Origin: Eukaryota sp. TZLM1-RC
Taxonomy: Eukaryota > Protista > Metamonada: BaSk clade
Reading direction: 5' to 3'
DNA length: 64,000 nucleotides
NCBI GenBank assembly: GCA_040285825.1
Contig: JAUPSS010000007.1
Span: 1,834,689-1,898,688 of the forward strand
The notes under the pieces were generated by a model, which did no database searches, was not told the origin of the DNA, and saw only the letters and a list, made by a program, of their open reading frames with translations. The position numbers and the translations under genes were made by a program. Position 1 is the first letter of the stretch, and each line of letters opens with the position of its first letter. Positions 10,089-21,815 of the stretch are shown in pieces.

Positions 10089-12359
10089 ATGAAAGACGCT
10101 CTCAGCATCATCAACAGATTAGTCCACGATACTTCTTTGTCTAAAGAACGTTTCTTTGTTGGTTTTGAGGATAGATTTGGCGGTGTATTCTTCCTCACTC
10201 TTCACGATTTTCTTGCCTTATCTGTACCATCTCACAGAATTCGCTACATATCTAAAGGAAACTCAATTCTCTGGTCTCGCACAAAACGAATCAACCTTAT
10301 TGGCTCTGTTGCACCTTCTGTTTCTTTATTCTCATCTCCAACACCTGGTGTTCTCTCCCGATGTTTTCCTCCTCATGCAACTGGTAGAAAGAATTTCCAG
10401 TTACCCTTCTTCTCTAACATTGTTTCTTGTAGTGTTGGTGTTCATCATACATTGGCACTCACTGCTTGTGGTAATTGCTATGGATTTGGTCTGAACAAAT
10501 TCTACCAATTAGGCAACAACTACCCCCAAAGCAGCACTTTCAAATCTCAACAACCACAACTACTTCTCTCCAATGTTCTCTCCTATGCTGCTGGTGGACG
10601 TTATTCCCTTATCCTTACCTCTGATCATAAGCTTTATTCTTGTGGGAGAAACGACTTTTTCCAGTGTGGAGTTGGTGATGAAACTTTGATGGCAACCTGT
10701 GATTATTCTGAGCTTAATGAACAAATAGGTCCTTTTGGCAGTGTTGTCATTCCTTCCTTGACTTTAGTTGACTTTTTTGACCCCCATCACGTCATCAAGG
10801 TCGCTGCAGGGGAAACTCATTCCCTTGCTCTTACCATTCTAGGAACGGTCTATTCTTTTGGTAATAACAAGGACGGTCAATGTGGTCATGAAAAGCTTTC
10901 TTGCACCTTTTTTCATGAACTCTCTCTCCCTGAAGCTGCTGTTGACGTTGCTTGTGGAAGGTTTCATTCACTTGTGCTTCTTCAGAATGGCACTGTGTTT
11001 TCTTTTGGGTGCAATGGCAACCTCCAATTAGGAAGAGAGCATTTGCTGAATGATCACAGACCATTGCCCATAGGAGGTAATGTTTATGACCCTTTGAATA
11101 GAATTAAGAAAGACTGCAGAAAAGCTTTACAAATTGCCTGTGGTAGTGAGCATAGTATCGTTCTACTGGAAGGGAATGACGTGATGGTATTTGGTAGAAT
11201 TAATAAGAAGAAAACTGGACCTGTCCTACTTGACTCTCTTTCCCATATCAATGTTGTTCACATATTTGGAGGTTTCTCTGTTATCGGTGCTGTTGATTCT
11301 AATGGTTTGGCTTATCTTACTGGGGGAATATTTGGAGATAAGATGAGAAGTTATAATGAGGATAATTTTGTAGGTTTGGGGTTGGGGTTACGGGTTTGCT
11401 ATTTGGTTTCTTCCTGTTTGAAAGTGGAATGCGTTCAACGACGGTCAAGGGAAATGATTGATGAAAATGAAAGAAAGGGTCTGATTCAATCAATCAGGGG
11501 TGATTTGATTAGCAAGGTTGCAGTTATTTTCGTGTCTGATTTCGGCAAGTTGTTTTCTTTTGATTTACCGTTATTCGCGTGTCGTTTTCCTGATCTTTGG
11601 CGGTCAATCAAGCAATCAGAAACCAATCAAATTGATTGGTTGGTGTCAATTTCACGTGAAGAAGACCAAATTCTTGTTCATACGACCCTGGCTGATGAAG
11701 AGATTGCTCAAGTAGATTCTTGTATTTTTGATCTTGTTTACCACAGCTTGTTTAATTTTGAACCTAGTTCATCTTCTTTTTCTGCTATTCACCCAAAGTT
11801 TAATGTCGAGAATAATGGGTTTTCCAAGCCAAATTTTGCTGATGTTTGCCTTTATTTAAAAGATGATATTAAAGTTTTTTCCCATCGTGCAGTGTTGTCA
11901 ATGTTTTCTCCTTTTTTCAAGGCAATGTTTACCTGTGGCTTAAAGGAAACTGATGAGAGTTTGATTAAGCTTGATTATGTCGATTCTAACCCGTTCAGTC
12001 TCATTTTAGACATTATTTATTGTAATTCTCTCAATCATTCAGATGTTTTTTCAAACGACGAACTTTCTTTTGAGTTGATAGCATCCTGTATGAATTTGGC
12101 TGACCAACTTAATTTTCCATGTGTTGTTGACTCATTAAGCAGGATGGTGTTGAGCTATGTCAACACCAAGAACTTATTGTCCTGCACTTCTCTCGCTGAA
12201 AAACTTGGCTTACCTGAACTTCTTCAGCAGTGTTTGGCAGCAATCACGTCATCATTTGGCTTAATTGATCAAGATGATTTCTCCTTGCTGAGTAAGGAAA
12301 CATTTTCCAGGGTCCAATGTCGGATTCTACAATGTGGCTTTGGGGTTGTGGTTCGGTAA
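10089..12359 (+). CDS. MJ1316(DUF504)-like + RCC1 repeats + BTB/BACK protein
   Basis: N-terminal IINRL.HD..FFVGFEDRF..VPSHRIRY..LWSR.KRINL; repeated AAG..HSL.L..G.VYSFG.N..GQ units; C-terminal FADV..HRAVLS.FSPFFKAMFTCGLKE. Confidence 0.8.
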   Translation: MKDALSIINRLVHDTSLSKERFFVGFEDRFGGVFFLTLHDFLALSVPSHRIRYISKGNSILWSRTKRINLIGSVAPSVSLFSSPTPGVLSRCFPPHATGRKNFQLPFFSNIVSCSVGVHHTLALTACGNCYGFGLNKFYQLGNNYPQSSTFKSQQPQLLLSNVLSYAAGGRYSLILTSDHKLYSCGRNDFFQCGVGDETLMATCDYSELNEQIGPFGSVVIPSLTLVDFFDPHHVIKVAAGETHSLALTILGTVYSFGNNKDGQCGHEKLSCTFFHELSLPEAAVDVACGRFHSLVLLQNGTVFSFGCNGNLQLGREHLLNDHRPLPIGGNVYDPLNRIKKDCRKALQIACGSEHSIVLLEGNDVMVFGRINKKKTGPVLLDSLSHINVVHIFGGFSVIGAVDSNGLAYLTGGIFGDKMRSYNEDNFVGLGLGLRVCYLVSSCLKVECVQRRSREMIDENERKGLIQSIRGDLISKVAVIFVSDFGKLFSFDLPLFACRFPDLWRSIKQSETNQIDWLVSISREEDQILVHTTLADEEIAQVDSCIFDLVYHSLFNFEPSSSSFSAIHPKFNVENNGFSKPNFADVCLYLKDDIKVFSHRAVLSMFSPFFKAMFTCGLKETDESLIKLDYVDSNPFSLILDIIYCNSLNHSDVFSNDELSFELIASCMNLADQLNFPCVVDSLSRMVLSYVNTKNLLSCTSLAEKLGLPELLQQCLAAITSSFGLIDQDDFSLLSKETFSRVQCRILQCGFGVVVR

Positions 12360-12589
12360 AGCTGAATAAATTCTTTTTGGTCGTTATACACAGTTTGAAT
12401 TCATTCATCTAACTAGACTCACTCATTAATGAATGTCATTGTTTTCTGTTTTGTATTTTAACTTTAATTTAATTTAACTTTTCAATTTAACTGATGTGGA
12501 TGTGGATGTGGAGTTTTAATTGTGTATTTTATGTTTTCATATTTGTTGTTGAATAAAAGAAATTTTTATTTAACTGATTTATTGTATTT

Positions 12590-13850
12590 TTAAAACTTAT
12601 AAATCAACATCTAAATAATCCATCTCTCCCAAAACAAAAACACTAGATGCAACTCTCTCATAGTGAGATCCAAGAGAAAGCAAAGCGTCAGAAACCATCT
12701 TCTACATCCCCTTAAAAACAGAAAACACAATTCTATTTTGCCAAAACAATCTGTTAAAATTTTTGTTAGTTCTTCTCTTTACAATCATTTCAAAATCATC
12801 CAAAAAACGTAAAGCAGTTGGTGCACGTGAACCAAAAAGAGAAAATACAAATGGATACAAATTGTATTTTGCATGCTGTTGACTGGACAATTTGGATAAA
12901 GGTTCATTGTATTTTTTGATTTTGAAATTTTCAGCATTTGAAAGAGGATTTTGAATTTCAGAATTAGCAAGCTTTTCATTCGAGGCATGACAAGGATCAA
13001 CAGACATTACATCCAATAAAATGAAGGTTCCATCTAATCCAGGTAATATGAAATCACCTCTATTATTCTTATGAAAATCATCTTCAGTATCAAACAGATA
13101 TGGCTACAGAGGTTCCAAAAAGGATTCAATTCTATGAGATTTACACATACAATATATTTGGTCTCCTACAGCATCATGAACCTTGCTTCCAAAAATAATT
13201 AAATGTTTACAATTTAACAAATGAGTAATCGTAATTTTTCGAGAACATTTACAAATTGAATTATGAGGTAAATTATCAGGCCAGATAAAGGAACGAAATC
13301 TCATATTCAGAGTCCAAGCAGAATCGGTTAAGAGAGTACCATAAACTTGTGGAATTGTTGTTACTAACGCAGAAGAAGTACTGTCACACATATCTTGTAA
13401 ACGATTTGCAAAAGCGGGATTCTTTTTCTTGGCCAAGCCAAGTCTAACATCAAAATCCAAGCTCTCAAAAATTTTTGACAATTTTTGCTAACGTATTTTA
13501 CAAAAAAACTGTAAATTAAAATGAGATCGGTCCAGAATTTCTTGAATTGATCGGAGAAGCAATTAATCCAGATTTGGGGTGACAACTGTCGAGCTCAGAA
13601 CATAACTCATTCAAATATGGACTGTTATTTGGATCGAACAGAGGATCTTCAGGAAATCTCTACGAGAAAATTCATAAATCAAATTCTTACATCCACCCAA
13701 AAATGCTGATTGATACAAGATAGAAGATTTTGTTGATCCAACACCTCCAAAATTTGCTGCAGAAAACAATTGATTTTTCAACATTCCTGAAACTTTATCC
13801 AAAAAATCAGCAAAGAATTTTGCCCATGTTTGAATTAAATGATTTGACAA
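12590..13850 (-). mobile_element. Degenerate CRE-like LINE (DVDL subfamily)
   Basis: Reverse-complement match to about 60960-62190, with stops and frameshifts. Confidence 0.85.
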
Positions 13851-13919
13851 ACACTATTTCTGTCCTTTGAGCAAAACTAAGATATTAATTCCGCCATTTA
13901 GTTTGCATTCACTCCTCAA

Positions 13920-15428
13920 ATGCCGTCATCAGTACCCCTTCTTCCATTCTACAATGTTCGCGATTACTCCAGCGAGCGCAACTATTCAAAGAAACACATT
14001 TTTGATTACTCTTGCGCATTGCCAGTCATCCAGAATGAAACACTCAACGTGTCGTCCCATCATGTTGACCTGGACGAGACTGACACTGATTTTCTAAACA
14101 CAATCCCTAAGAAATCAATCAACTCTACAATCTATGGTCAGTACTTTACTCCCTCCTATGACCAGTATGTCCCTGCGTACATTCGCAACGACAAGGTTCT
14201 CCGCTTCTTTGGTTATTTTTTGGAAGCTGTCCATGATTCCCCTCAGGAGACGTTCCGTGTTCGTCTCTGTAAGATCGATTATTTCCTTGTAGACCACACC
14301 ATTCAAGTACTTGAAACAGTCGAAGAGAATAGCGGTCTTCCCCAAGGTGTTTTGCTCAGGCGTATTGCCACCGAGTTGAAACCATCTGATTTGTCTATTG
14401 GACAGGTGGTGACTCTCTATGGAAAGAATATCAAGATATACGACTGCTTAGATGCAACAAGAAAGTACTTTGCTGAGGAACTTTTAATTGACCTTCCTCC
14501 ACCACTTGAATGTCCACTTTCCTCAAAGGAACCATTGTCCAAGTTCAACAGGACCTCCACCATCACCAACACTGGAGCATCAGAAGTTGTTAAATGGAGA
14601 CAAAGTTTTCTCCAAAATGATGGCAAGATTTTACGTTTTTACTGTACTTCAAAGGACCCTGTCACTAGTGAAGTCTTTGATTTGGTTCTTCATTACTATC
14701 TCTCTGATAATACGGTCGAATTAATTCAACCTTGGTCATTTGATGATGGAAAACGGGTTATGGCAAAGTTTTTGGGAAGATGTCGCCTATCCAAGGATTG
14801 TACCCTTGACACCACTGTTACTCCTTCTATGGTTGATGAAAGTGATCAGTTGTTGCCTGTTGACCTTTACGTTGGGAAGGAACTTTCCGTTTTAGGTAGG
14901 ATGGTTTCCATCAACAGTTGCGATGGTTTCACAGGTAAGTGGCTGATCGAAAATGGAATTCAATCAAATCCAGTTGTAGGAGGTTTGAAACAGAGGGAAA
15001 AGGAAAGTTCCAAAAATATAACTCAAACTGATGACGTTCCTCCACGTGAGTTGCCTATTGGTTCCGAAGAAGATTCCCTTCAAAGTGTCAAATTTCTGTG
15101 CCCCAATCAACCACCCACTCAAAATTTACGTAAATTACTTGACTTGGGTGACGTCAGATACAGGTTTTGTGCAAAGTTTTCGACACACTCTCCTGTTGAT
15201 GCAGAACGAAGATTTGTTTTAACTTTCTTCCCCTGTGATGATACCCTTGTTGTCTTTGAAGAGAATGTACCCAATTCTGGAATTGTTGGTGGTCTTTGGC
15301 TGAAGAGAAGCAAGATTGGTAACATTACCGAAAATGATTTGAAAATAGGAAATGAAATAGAAATTTATAAGAGAAAGTTTATTATCACTGATGCAGATGA
15401 ATTTACGAAAAACCATTTAAAGTTGTAA
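13920..15428 (+). CDS. EFHC1: EFHC1/RIB72-like axonemal protein, three DM10 domains
   Basis: KVLRFFGYF.EAV..SP.E..RVR, ENSGLPQG.LLRR, LHYYLSDNTVE, NSGIVGG, DADEFT. Confidence 0.85.
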   Translation: MPSSVPLLPFYNVRDYSSERNYSKKHIFDYSCALPVIQNETLNVSSHHVDLDETDTDFLNTIPKKSINSTIYGQYFTPSYDQYVPAYIRNDKVLRFFGYFLEAVHDSPQETFRVRLCKIDYFLVDHTIQVLETVEENSGLPQGVLLRRIATELKPSDLSIGQVVTLYGKNIKIYDCLDATRKYFAEELLIDLPPPLECPLSSKEPLSKFNRTSTITNTGASEVVKWRQSFLQNDGKILRFYCTSKDPVTSEVFDLVLHYYLSDNTVELIQPWSFDDGKRVMAKFLGRCRLSKDCTLDTTVTPSMVDESDQLLPVDLYVGKELSVLGRMVSINSCDGFTGKWLIENGIQSNPVVGGLKQREKESSKNITQTDDVPPRELPIGSEEDSLQSVKFLCPNQPPTQNLRKLLDLGDVRYRFCAKFSTHSPVDAERRFVLTFFPCDDTLVVFEENVPNSGIVGGLWLKRSKIGNITENDLKIGNEIEIYKRKFIITDADEFTKNHLKL

Positions 15429-15481
15429 ATTACTCAATTAATTAATTTAGACTGTTTAATAAATTTTGTACTTTTTGCAGA

Positions 15482-18103
15482 TTATTCTTCTTCATTTAAA
15501 TCAATCTTTTGAGCAGATTGAATTCCCTCCAAGAAAATTAATGTGATACTTGGTTTCAAAGCATGGGTTCTTGCATGTTCGTCGACCTTTAAGATAACGT
15601 CAACACGGTCAAAAAGAGTAAGTTTCCGACCCCCAACATGAACTTCCGATAACTCTTCCTTCAAAACAAAGTCACTTCTTGCATCAAGCCTAACTAGGGC
15701 TTCAACACCGTATTTAGGAACAAAAACGACAACGCCCTTTTCTAAAACCTTCGTGACAATTCCGTGCTGCTTGGTGGGTTGGTCAAGCAAAAGCAAGGAA
15801 GTAACCACCATCGACATTCTACCTGCATCTTGTGCATTCTTATGGCGGTGGTTCAGAACTTGACAGATTTCCGAGACCCTATCCTTATGAGAAAGTTCAA
15901 AAGGAAGAGGTGCGACTCCAAGCGATGCAGCTAATAGTCGATGAACAACACAATCAGCATACCGTCGAATGGGCGAGGTGAAATGAGTGTAGAGGTCAAG
16001 AGAGAGACCATAGTGAAAGTACTGGGATCTTTCATATTCTCCACAAGAAAAATACTGGGCCAGTGCCATGCAACGAGTGACCTGCTGCTTGACATATTTT
16101 TCATATCTTTTAGGTACACCTTCCAAGCTTTTTGCAAGTTCCAAATTTGATTCAAAATTAAGTGTAATGCCCAGCGGCTTCAATGAAGCTATTAATGAAT
16201 CAAAAGCACTTGGTAGTGGTGAAGGATGCCTTCTTAACAATGCAGTTGAAGGAAAGCTTGTGTATATCTGATGAGCAACAGAGTGATTAGCCAAAAGCAT
16301 AAATTCTTCAACTAAATAGTTAGTTTCCACAGTTTCATACTCGGAAACATCCACTGGTTCACGGGTAATTTCATCCATTGAGAACTTGACGGCAGTGGAA
16401 GCTAGAACCAGAGCTCCATTCAAGACTCGCGATTCTCGAAGACTCAAGGCGACTTTGTTCAACAGTCTGATTGATTCGGTTAGCTCATCCTTCAAACTTA
16501 CATCATCTTTTCTGATTTGAGCTTCGGAATAAGTAAATGCTGCTTGAGATTTGATAATTGACTTACCAAAAGAAGTTTCAACAATCTTAAAGTTGTCGGT
16601 TGGATCCATCACCCAAATACAACTGAAAGCAAATCGTTCAACGTTACATCTCAATGAACAGAGATCCTCAGTAAGCAATCTAGGAAGCATATCTACCCTT
16701 CGATCAACCAAATAAGTTGTTGTTGACCTTCTCCATGCCTCAGTGTCAATAGCTGTGTTGGGGGTAACAAAATGAGTAACATCCGCAATATGCACTCCTA
16801 CCTCAACCAAAGTTCTTCCTTCCTTAACAACATATCTAGCATGAAGGGCGTCATCGATATCCTTACAGCCTGGGGGATCAATAGAACAAATAGGAAGTCT
16901 TGTAAAGTCAAACCTTTTTGATCTTTCTGACTGGGAAATCACGTAATTTGATGGGGGAAGACAGTCAAGAACCGCCTTCCCAAATTCATTATAAGGGACT
17001 TGATGCTCAATTAAAATCACTTCTGATTCAACCAAGCGATTACCTATATCTCCAATCACTCTAACGACATGAGCGGTCGGAAACAGATCAAAATCAGACC
17101 AATCATCGACTCTGACAACTAAACGCTTTCCTACATAATCTTTAGGATTCTTTGGCAGTTTTAGCTTAAACCTCGGCAGGTTCTCTGCCACGGGATAAAA
17201 GTAGACATTGCCCACCATTGCAGATTCAGAAGGAGGCTCAATAGAACCACAAAAGTCCCTTAAATTCCTATTTAAAATAGAAACGACTTGACCTTTATCT
17301 TCGTCCATGATCACCACAACTCTATCTCCATCCATGGCACGATTGACACCATTTCTATCAATCAAATTGATTGGTGTTTCCAACTTTGACCCAGTAACAG
17401 TTCCTTTGAATGGATTAAACCTCGAAGCTCTGAATGTACCAACAAACGCTTTACCTTTACTGACAGCCGACAAAGCAGCAGACTCTTCCACATGAGGGGG
17501 GTAACCATTGAACCTTGAAGAGAAAGAGACACAGGCGTCACGACTTGGAAGAACGATATCAATAGCAGAGGGCATGAATGTTGAAACAAACGAGTGGGTA
17601 GACATTGAGGAAAGGTTATGAAGATTCAGCTTGGAGATGGTAGAGGTGAGTGATTCATCTTCAGTAAGAAGAACTATTTGGGCATTTGTATGGATAGAAA
17701 ACCAATGTAAAGTTGATTGGATGACTTCAGAAGGACTGGAATCTGCAGGGATAGCGGACGGACGGTGATTAAGGTTGGCGAATACATGGAAAGACTGGGG
17801 AGAAGTAGTGACTAAGTTGCGGATACGTTTGTAGACAGTGGCAGAGAGAGTGTTCACTACGGAATCTAAAAGAAGTATGTTAGAGGCATGTGAGCTTTCA
17901 AAAAAGGCCATTTGGGTAGAAATTGAGGTTGCATCTGGTACTATAATAGGGTGTTCTTGAGATAACTTGTTTATTAGAACATCACACTGTTGACAGTTTT
18001 GAATTCCACAAGAGATGTCATCACGAAGATAGCGTTCGTTGACAGACGTACGTATCGTGCCCCGTCTGGTGATTCGGAAAGACGAGTCCACAAGCACACT
18101 CAT
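15482..18103 (-). CDS. DIS3: Exosome catalytic subunit DIS3/RRP44
   Basis: CR3 motif (YLRDDISCG..C..C), NRAMDGD, SIDPPGCKDIDDALH, LVEEFMLLAN, YTHFTSPIRRYAD. Confidence 0.95.
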   Translation of the reverse strand: MSVLVDSSFRITRRGTIRTSVNERYLRDDISCGIQNCQQCDVLINKLSQEHPIIVPDATSISTQMAFFESSHASNILLLDSVVNTLSATVYKRIRNLVTTSPQSFHVFANLNHRPSAIPADSSPSEVIQSTLHWFSIHTNAQIVLLTEDESLTSTISKLNLHNLSSMSTHSFVSTFMPSAIDIVLPSRDACVSFSSRFNGYPPHVEESAALSAVSKGKAFVGTFRASRFNPFKGTVTGSKLETPINLIDRNGVNRAMDGDRVVVIMDEDKGQVVSILNRNLRDFCGSIEPPSESAMVGNVYFYPVAENLPRFKLKLPKNPKDYVGKRLVVRVDDWSDFDLFPTAHVVRVIGDIGNRLVESEVILIEHQVPYNEFGKAVLDCLPPSNYVISQSERSKRFDFTRLPICSIDPPGCKDIDDALHARYVVKEGRTLVEVGVHIADVTHFVTPNTAIDTEAWRRSTTTYLVDRRVDMLPRLLTEDLCSLRCNVERFAFSCIWVMDPTDNFKIVETSFGKSIIKSQAAFTYSEAQIRKDDVSLKDELTESIRLLNKVALSLRESRVLNGALVLASTAVKFSMDEITREPVDVSEYETVETNYLVEEFMLLANHSVAHQIYTSFPSTALLRRHPSPLPSAFDSLIASLKPLGITLNFESNLELAKSLEGVPKRYEKYVKQQVTRCMALAQYFSCGEYERSQYFHYGLSLDLYTHFTSPIRRYADCVVHRLLAASLGVAPLPFELSHKDRVSEICQVLNHRHKNAQDAGRMSMVVTSLLLLDQPTKQHGIVTKVLEKGVVVFVPKYGVEALVRLDARSDFVLKEELSEVHVGGRKLTLFDRVDVILKVDEHARTHALKPSITLIFLEGIQSAQKIDLNEEE

Positions 18104-18770
18104 TGTTAAAGATATTGTCTATAGAGGGATTGAATTTTTGATAAGTTCCATTTTCTTTGAACCTTCCTCAATCTTGGTTCTCAGTAGGTATACAGTATAC
18201 TCGACTACCTCCACCATTTACATGTGCTTCTATTACGGCCAACATATTCAGCGAAGCATTTCGATCTATATTCTACAATCTTGTGCATGATTTACACATG
18301 GTAAGCCCATGACGAATGACCATCTCTTGCCTCATCCATAGCCTTGGATTTCTGCATCACTGGAATTTTTCAACTGTTTTCTCCGCTTTCCTACAGTTGA
18401 AACAACATCAACTGGTTCGAAACTCATCAATTGAAAAGACCTTATAACCAACATTTTAAATAAAATTCTAAAATTTTTTTCCTTTTATAGGTTCTTTGAA
18501 TTTCATGTGTTTTCGTTGTTCCCAGTCTCTGATTCCGATAACTACTTGGCTGGGATCACCAATTACTGATTTGAATCTCTGAATCATTTTCGCCTCAGAT
18601 TTTGTGCGATTAATCTCAGTCCACCATCTTAGTTTCCTAAATATTTTAAGATGATAGACTTTACCAACAATACTATTCACAAAGTTCTTTTGTTTAATAT
18701 ATGCCATAAATCTGTAAAACCTGCAACTTTTGCAATTGAATTGGGATAAAGTTGCTTCCCATTCTGCTAC

Positions 18771-20517
18771 TTTTTTTTGACTATTTTTTTATTCATTTAA
18801 TAAGCAGTATGAAAACATGAAATACACAATTAAAACTCCACATTCTTCAAATCTGCCTCCCCTACATCAAAACAATTAATTGCCAAAGATTCAATAAATT
18901 TCCCAAAAGAAGACAGTGAATCAGAAATCAGTTTCACCATTCCCTTAAAAATAGAAAATACAATACTGTTTTGCCAGTAAACATGATTGAAAATTCTTCC
19001 AGTTCTTTCCTTTACAACTACAACAAAATCCTCAAGGAAAGCCATTGCAGCCTTATCCAAAGATCCAAGCAAAGAAAAAAGAAAGAGACATAATTTATAT
19101 TGGGCATGAGAGTTTCCATTGAGTGAGGAAATCGGTTTCGCATATTTAGCAATTTTATATTTTTCGCCTGAAAGAAGAGGATTAATTACATCCGAGTTAA
19201 CACAGCTGGTTTTTATTGCTTTCCCATTTTCGATAAATGGAAGATTATCAGTTGAAGCAGAAACTTTTTTGGATGACTTCCAAAAAATGGTGCAAGAAAA
19301 AACAATGAAAAGATTTGATATTTTTTTATGGCGTTCACGGATTCAATTTGCCATTATTAATAGATTACCACGTTTTTTCAATCGAATAAGAGAAGCTTTG
19401 GCTAGACAGCAAGCAGATGCAGATCAAGATTTTGTAGAGGAAATCTTGGTTCAATGATAGTCGTCCCATTAGTATTGAGTTAATTTAATTAAGTGTGCAA
19501 ATTCAATAAATATATTATTATCCGAGTTAATGAAATGTTCGTTAAAAGAATTACAAGTGTTAATGGACATGGCGTCTAAAATAGTAAAACTACCATTTAA
19601 GCCGGGAACAACCAGATCACCTCTTGTCAGACCCATAGAAGTTCTGTTTTAGCGCGTACTATCAATATTGGGATTATTAAGAATTAATTTTGATAACAAA
19701 AGGGCTAAAATGGAATCTACTCGATATGATTTACACATTACATAAATTTGGTCCCTGACGTTATTATGCACTTTACTTCTAAATGTAATGAAATGTTTAC
19801 AGTTCAAAAAATGAGTAAACAAAAGAGGTTTACCACATTTACATGTTAAATGATTGGGCAAATTGTTTGGAAATCCATAGAAATCCATGAAACGCATGTT
19901 TAGAAGTTATTCATTGTTTTTAACAAAAGTCCATAAACAAAGGGAATTTGAGTTACTAAAGCAGCAGCCGAACTATTACGAATGTCCTTTAAAAAATTAC
20001 CGAAAACGGGATTTTCTGTTTTGGCCAAGCCAAGTCTTACTTCATAATCCAAGCTTTCATATAATTTAACCAAATGGTGCTGCAGTTTTTCAGGCAAAAA
20101 CGTAAATTTGGGAGTGATCGGTGGGGAATTTCTTGAACATTCTGAGGAAAACACTGAATCTAGATATCACTGGGCAAATGATCTAATTCAAATTGAAGAT
20201 GATTTAAGTAAAAATTTGATTCACCATGGATCAGCTGAACATCATAAGGAAACCTTCGGAAAAATTCCAAAAAAATTTCCACCTCCGAAAAAAGCTGCTT
20301 TACATAAAATCAAAGATTTAGTGAAACCAAATCCATCTAGATCCGCAGAACAAAATACATGACTTCGAATTAAAGATTCATTTACTTCCAATAAAGAAGA
20401 AAAAAATTTCACCCGAAGTTTGTGAAAATCTACAAAAATCAAGACATACTAAAGGGGGAGTTGACCTTAAAATATGAGTGAATTTTCCAGAATAACAAAT
20501 TTTTAAAATAAATAAAT
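18771..20517 (-). mobile_element. 5'-truncated CRE-like LINE (subfamily ending ...KNVEF) with A-rich tail and 11-bp TSD
   Basis: TSD cattctgctac at 18760-18770 and 20518-20528; T8 run at 18771; CKCG..HFLNCKH..RSKVHNNVRD motif. Confidence 0.9.
19201..19519 (+). mobile_element. Short 3' LINE fragment (EILVQ subfamily) nested in the above LINE
   Basis: TSD atccgagttaa at 19190-19200 and 19520-19530. Confidence 0.9.
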
Positions 20518-21815
20518 CATTCTGCTACAGATTCAGTTATTTGTTCATTGTTACTCAAATTTAATGAGTAATCAATTTCGTGGAAAATGTTGATCGTTTG
20601 AGGTACTTTTCCTCTAAATAAACTAATTGTTCTTTCAGTCATTTGATTAATTATACTGCTGTTTAAATCCATCCTTTCTTGTTGCTCTTCTGATGGTTCA
20701 TAAATGGATAGATCAATCACTCTACCAGTAGACTTACTTATTATGATAAGAGTGTCATTCTTATGCTGTCTCTTATTCTTTTGAATTTGGAACTTCTGGA
20801 CTCAAATCTTCGTTGATTTAGAGTGTACCTGAAATGAACATATTCATCTTTCTCAGGTTCACTTGAATGAGTCATTCCAGTAGCTAAACTGGCAGAAAAG
20901 TAGATTAGAACAGACTTAGCTGGATCAGCAGCAGGAACGGTCATTCCTTGAATTGACAAGGATTAATGCTGAGGTCATCAATGAATTTTTCTCTTCCTTT
21001 CAATTCTTTTGCAGTTACTTTGTATTTTTCAAGTTTATTCTAGATTGAATGAGCTATACTGCTACTCAATCAGTCTCGATGCTAGACATGATCTATTTTG
21101 AATTTTCTGAATACAGTTTTGTGTTGTTAATCTTGCCCATTTTCAACATAGTGACTTAAGAACAAATCACCACTTTGGTGATTACATTGACAAGACAACC
21201 TGTGACCAAGAATGTTCCTCTGTTTGGCAAAGAACAAGTCCAACAAACATTTCTTGTCAATTCTGATGTAGGAATGTATACAAGATTGTTTCAGAAGCAG
21301 AGCATGAAAGTTTACTTTCTTCCTCTTCTTTAAAAAAACAATTATATATTGTTTGTATCTTATTATATTAAATTAATAATGTAGAACTTGGGCCTCTTGA
21401 ATACAAATTAATTTCTGACCCAAAATCAAATTAAAACTTTTGGAACAAGTTTGTCTTTAAAATGTTTGTGATAGAATTCCAACAATGGCGATTTTGTAAA
21501 ACTGTATTTGTCTTTGGGCTAATTGAACTTCCTTCCTCCAAGACGTAATTACAAGAAAAATGCCACGAAAGAATTGCGTTTCAATTTTTGGTGAAATAAC
21601 ATTAGAGTGTGATTCAATAAGGTGCAAAAAATACCCACAAATGAATTCCAAACCAACAGTGGAAATTTTCTGACACACAATTAGTACCTCATGATGCCGT
21701 TAGGCAGAAGTACCAAAGAAGAAAAGACAGAAAAGAGTCCTTTTTAAAGATACCTGTTCTTGAAAAAGTGCCACGTCATCACGTGAATTCCTCATATGTT
21801 TTATTCTAGTTTAGA

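Larger units (their letters stand above)
18123..21330 (-). mobile_element. Fanzor1-type nuclease pseudogene (family A, copy 1), split by a LINE insertion at 18771-20517
   Basis: YIRID..IETD; RuvC-I AADPAKS..FRYTLNQRRFE; VAEWEATLS..FRKLRWW..IGIRDWEQRKHMKFKEP.KGK; RuvC-II IDEFRTS; CCFNC..HGL.MCKSC; RuvC-III N.DRNASLN; contains stops and frameshifts. Confidence 0.85.
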
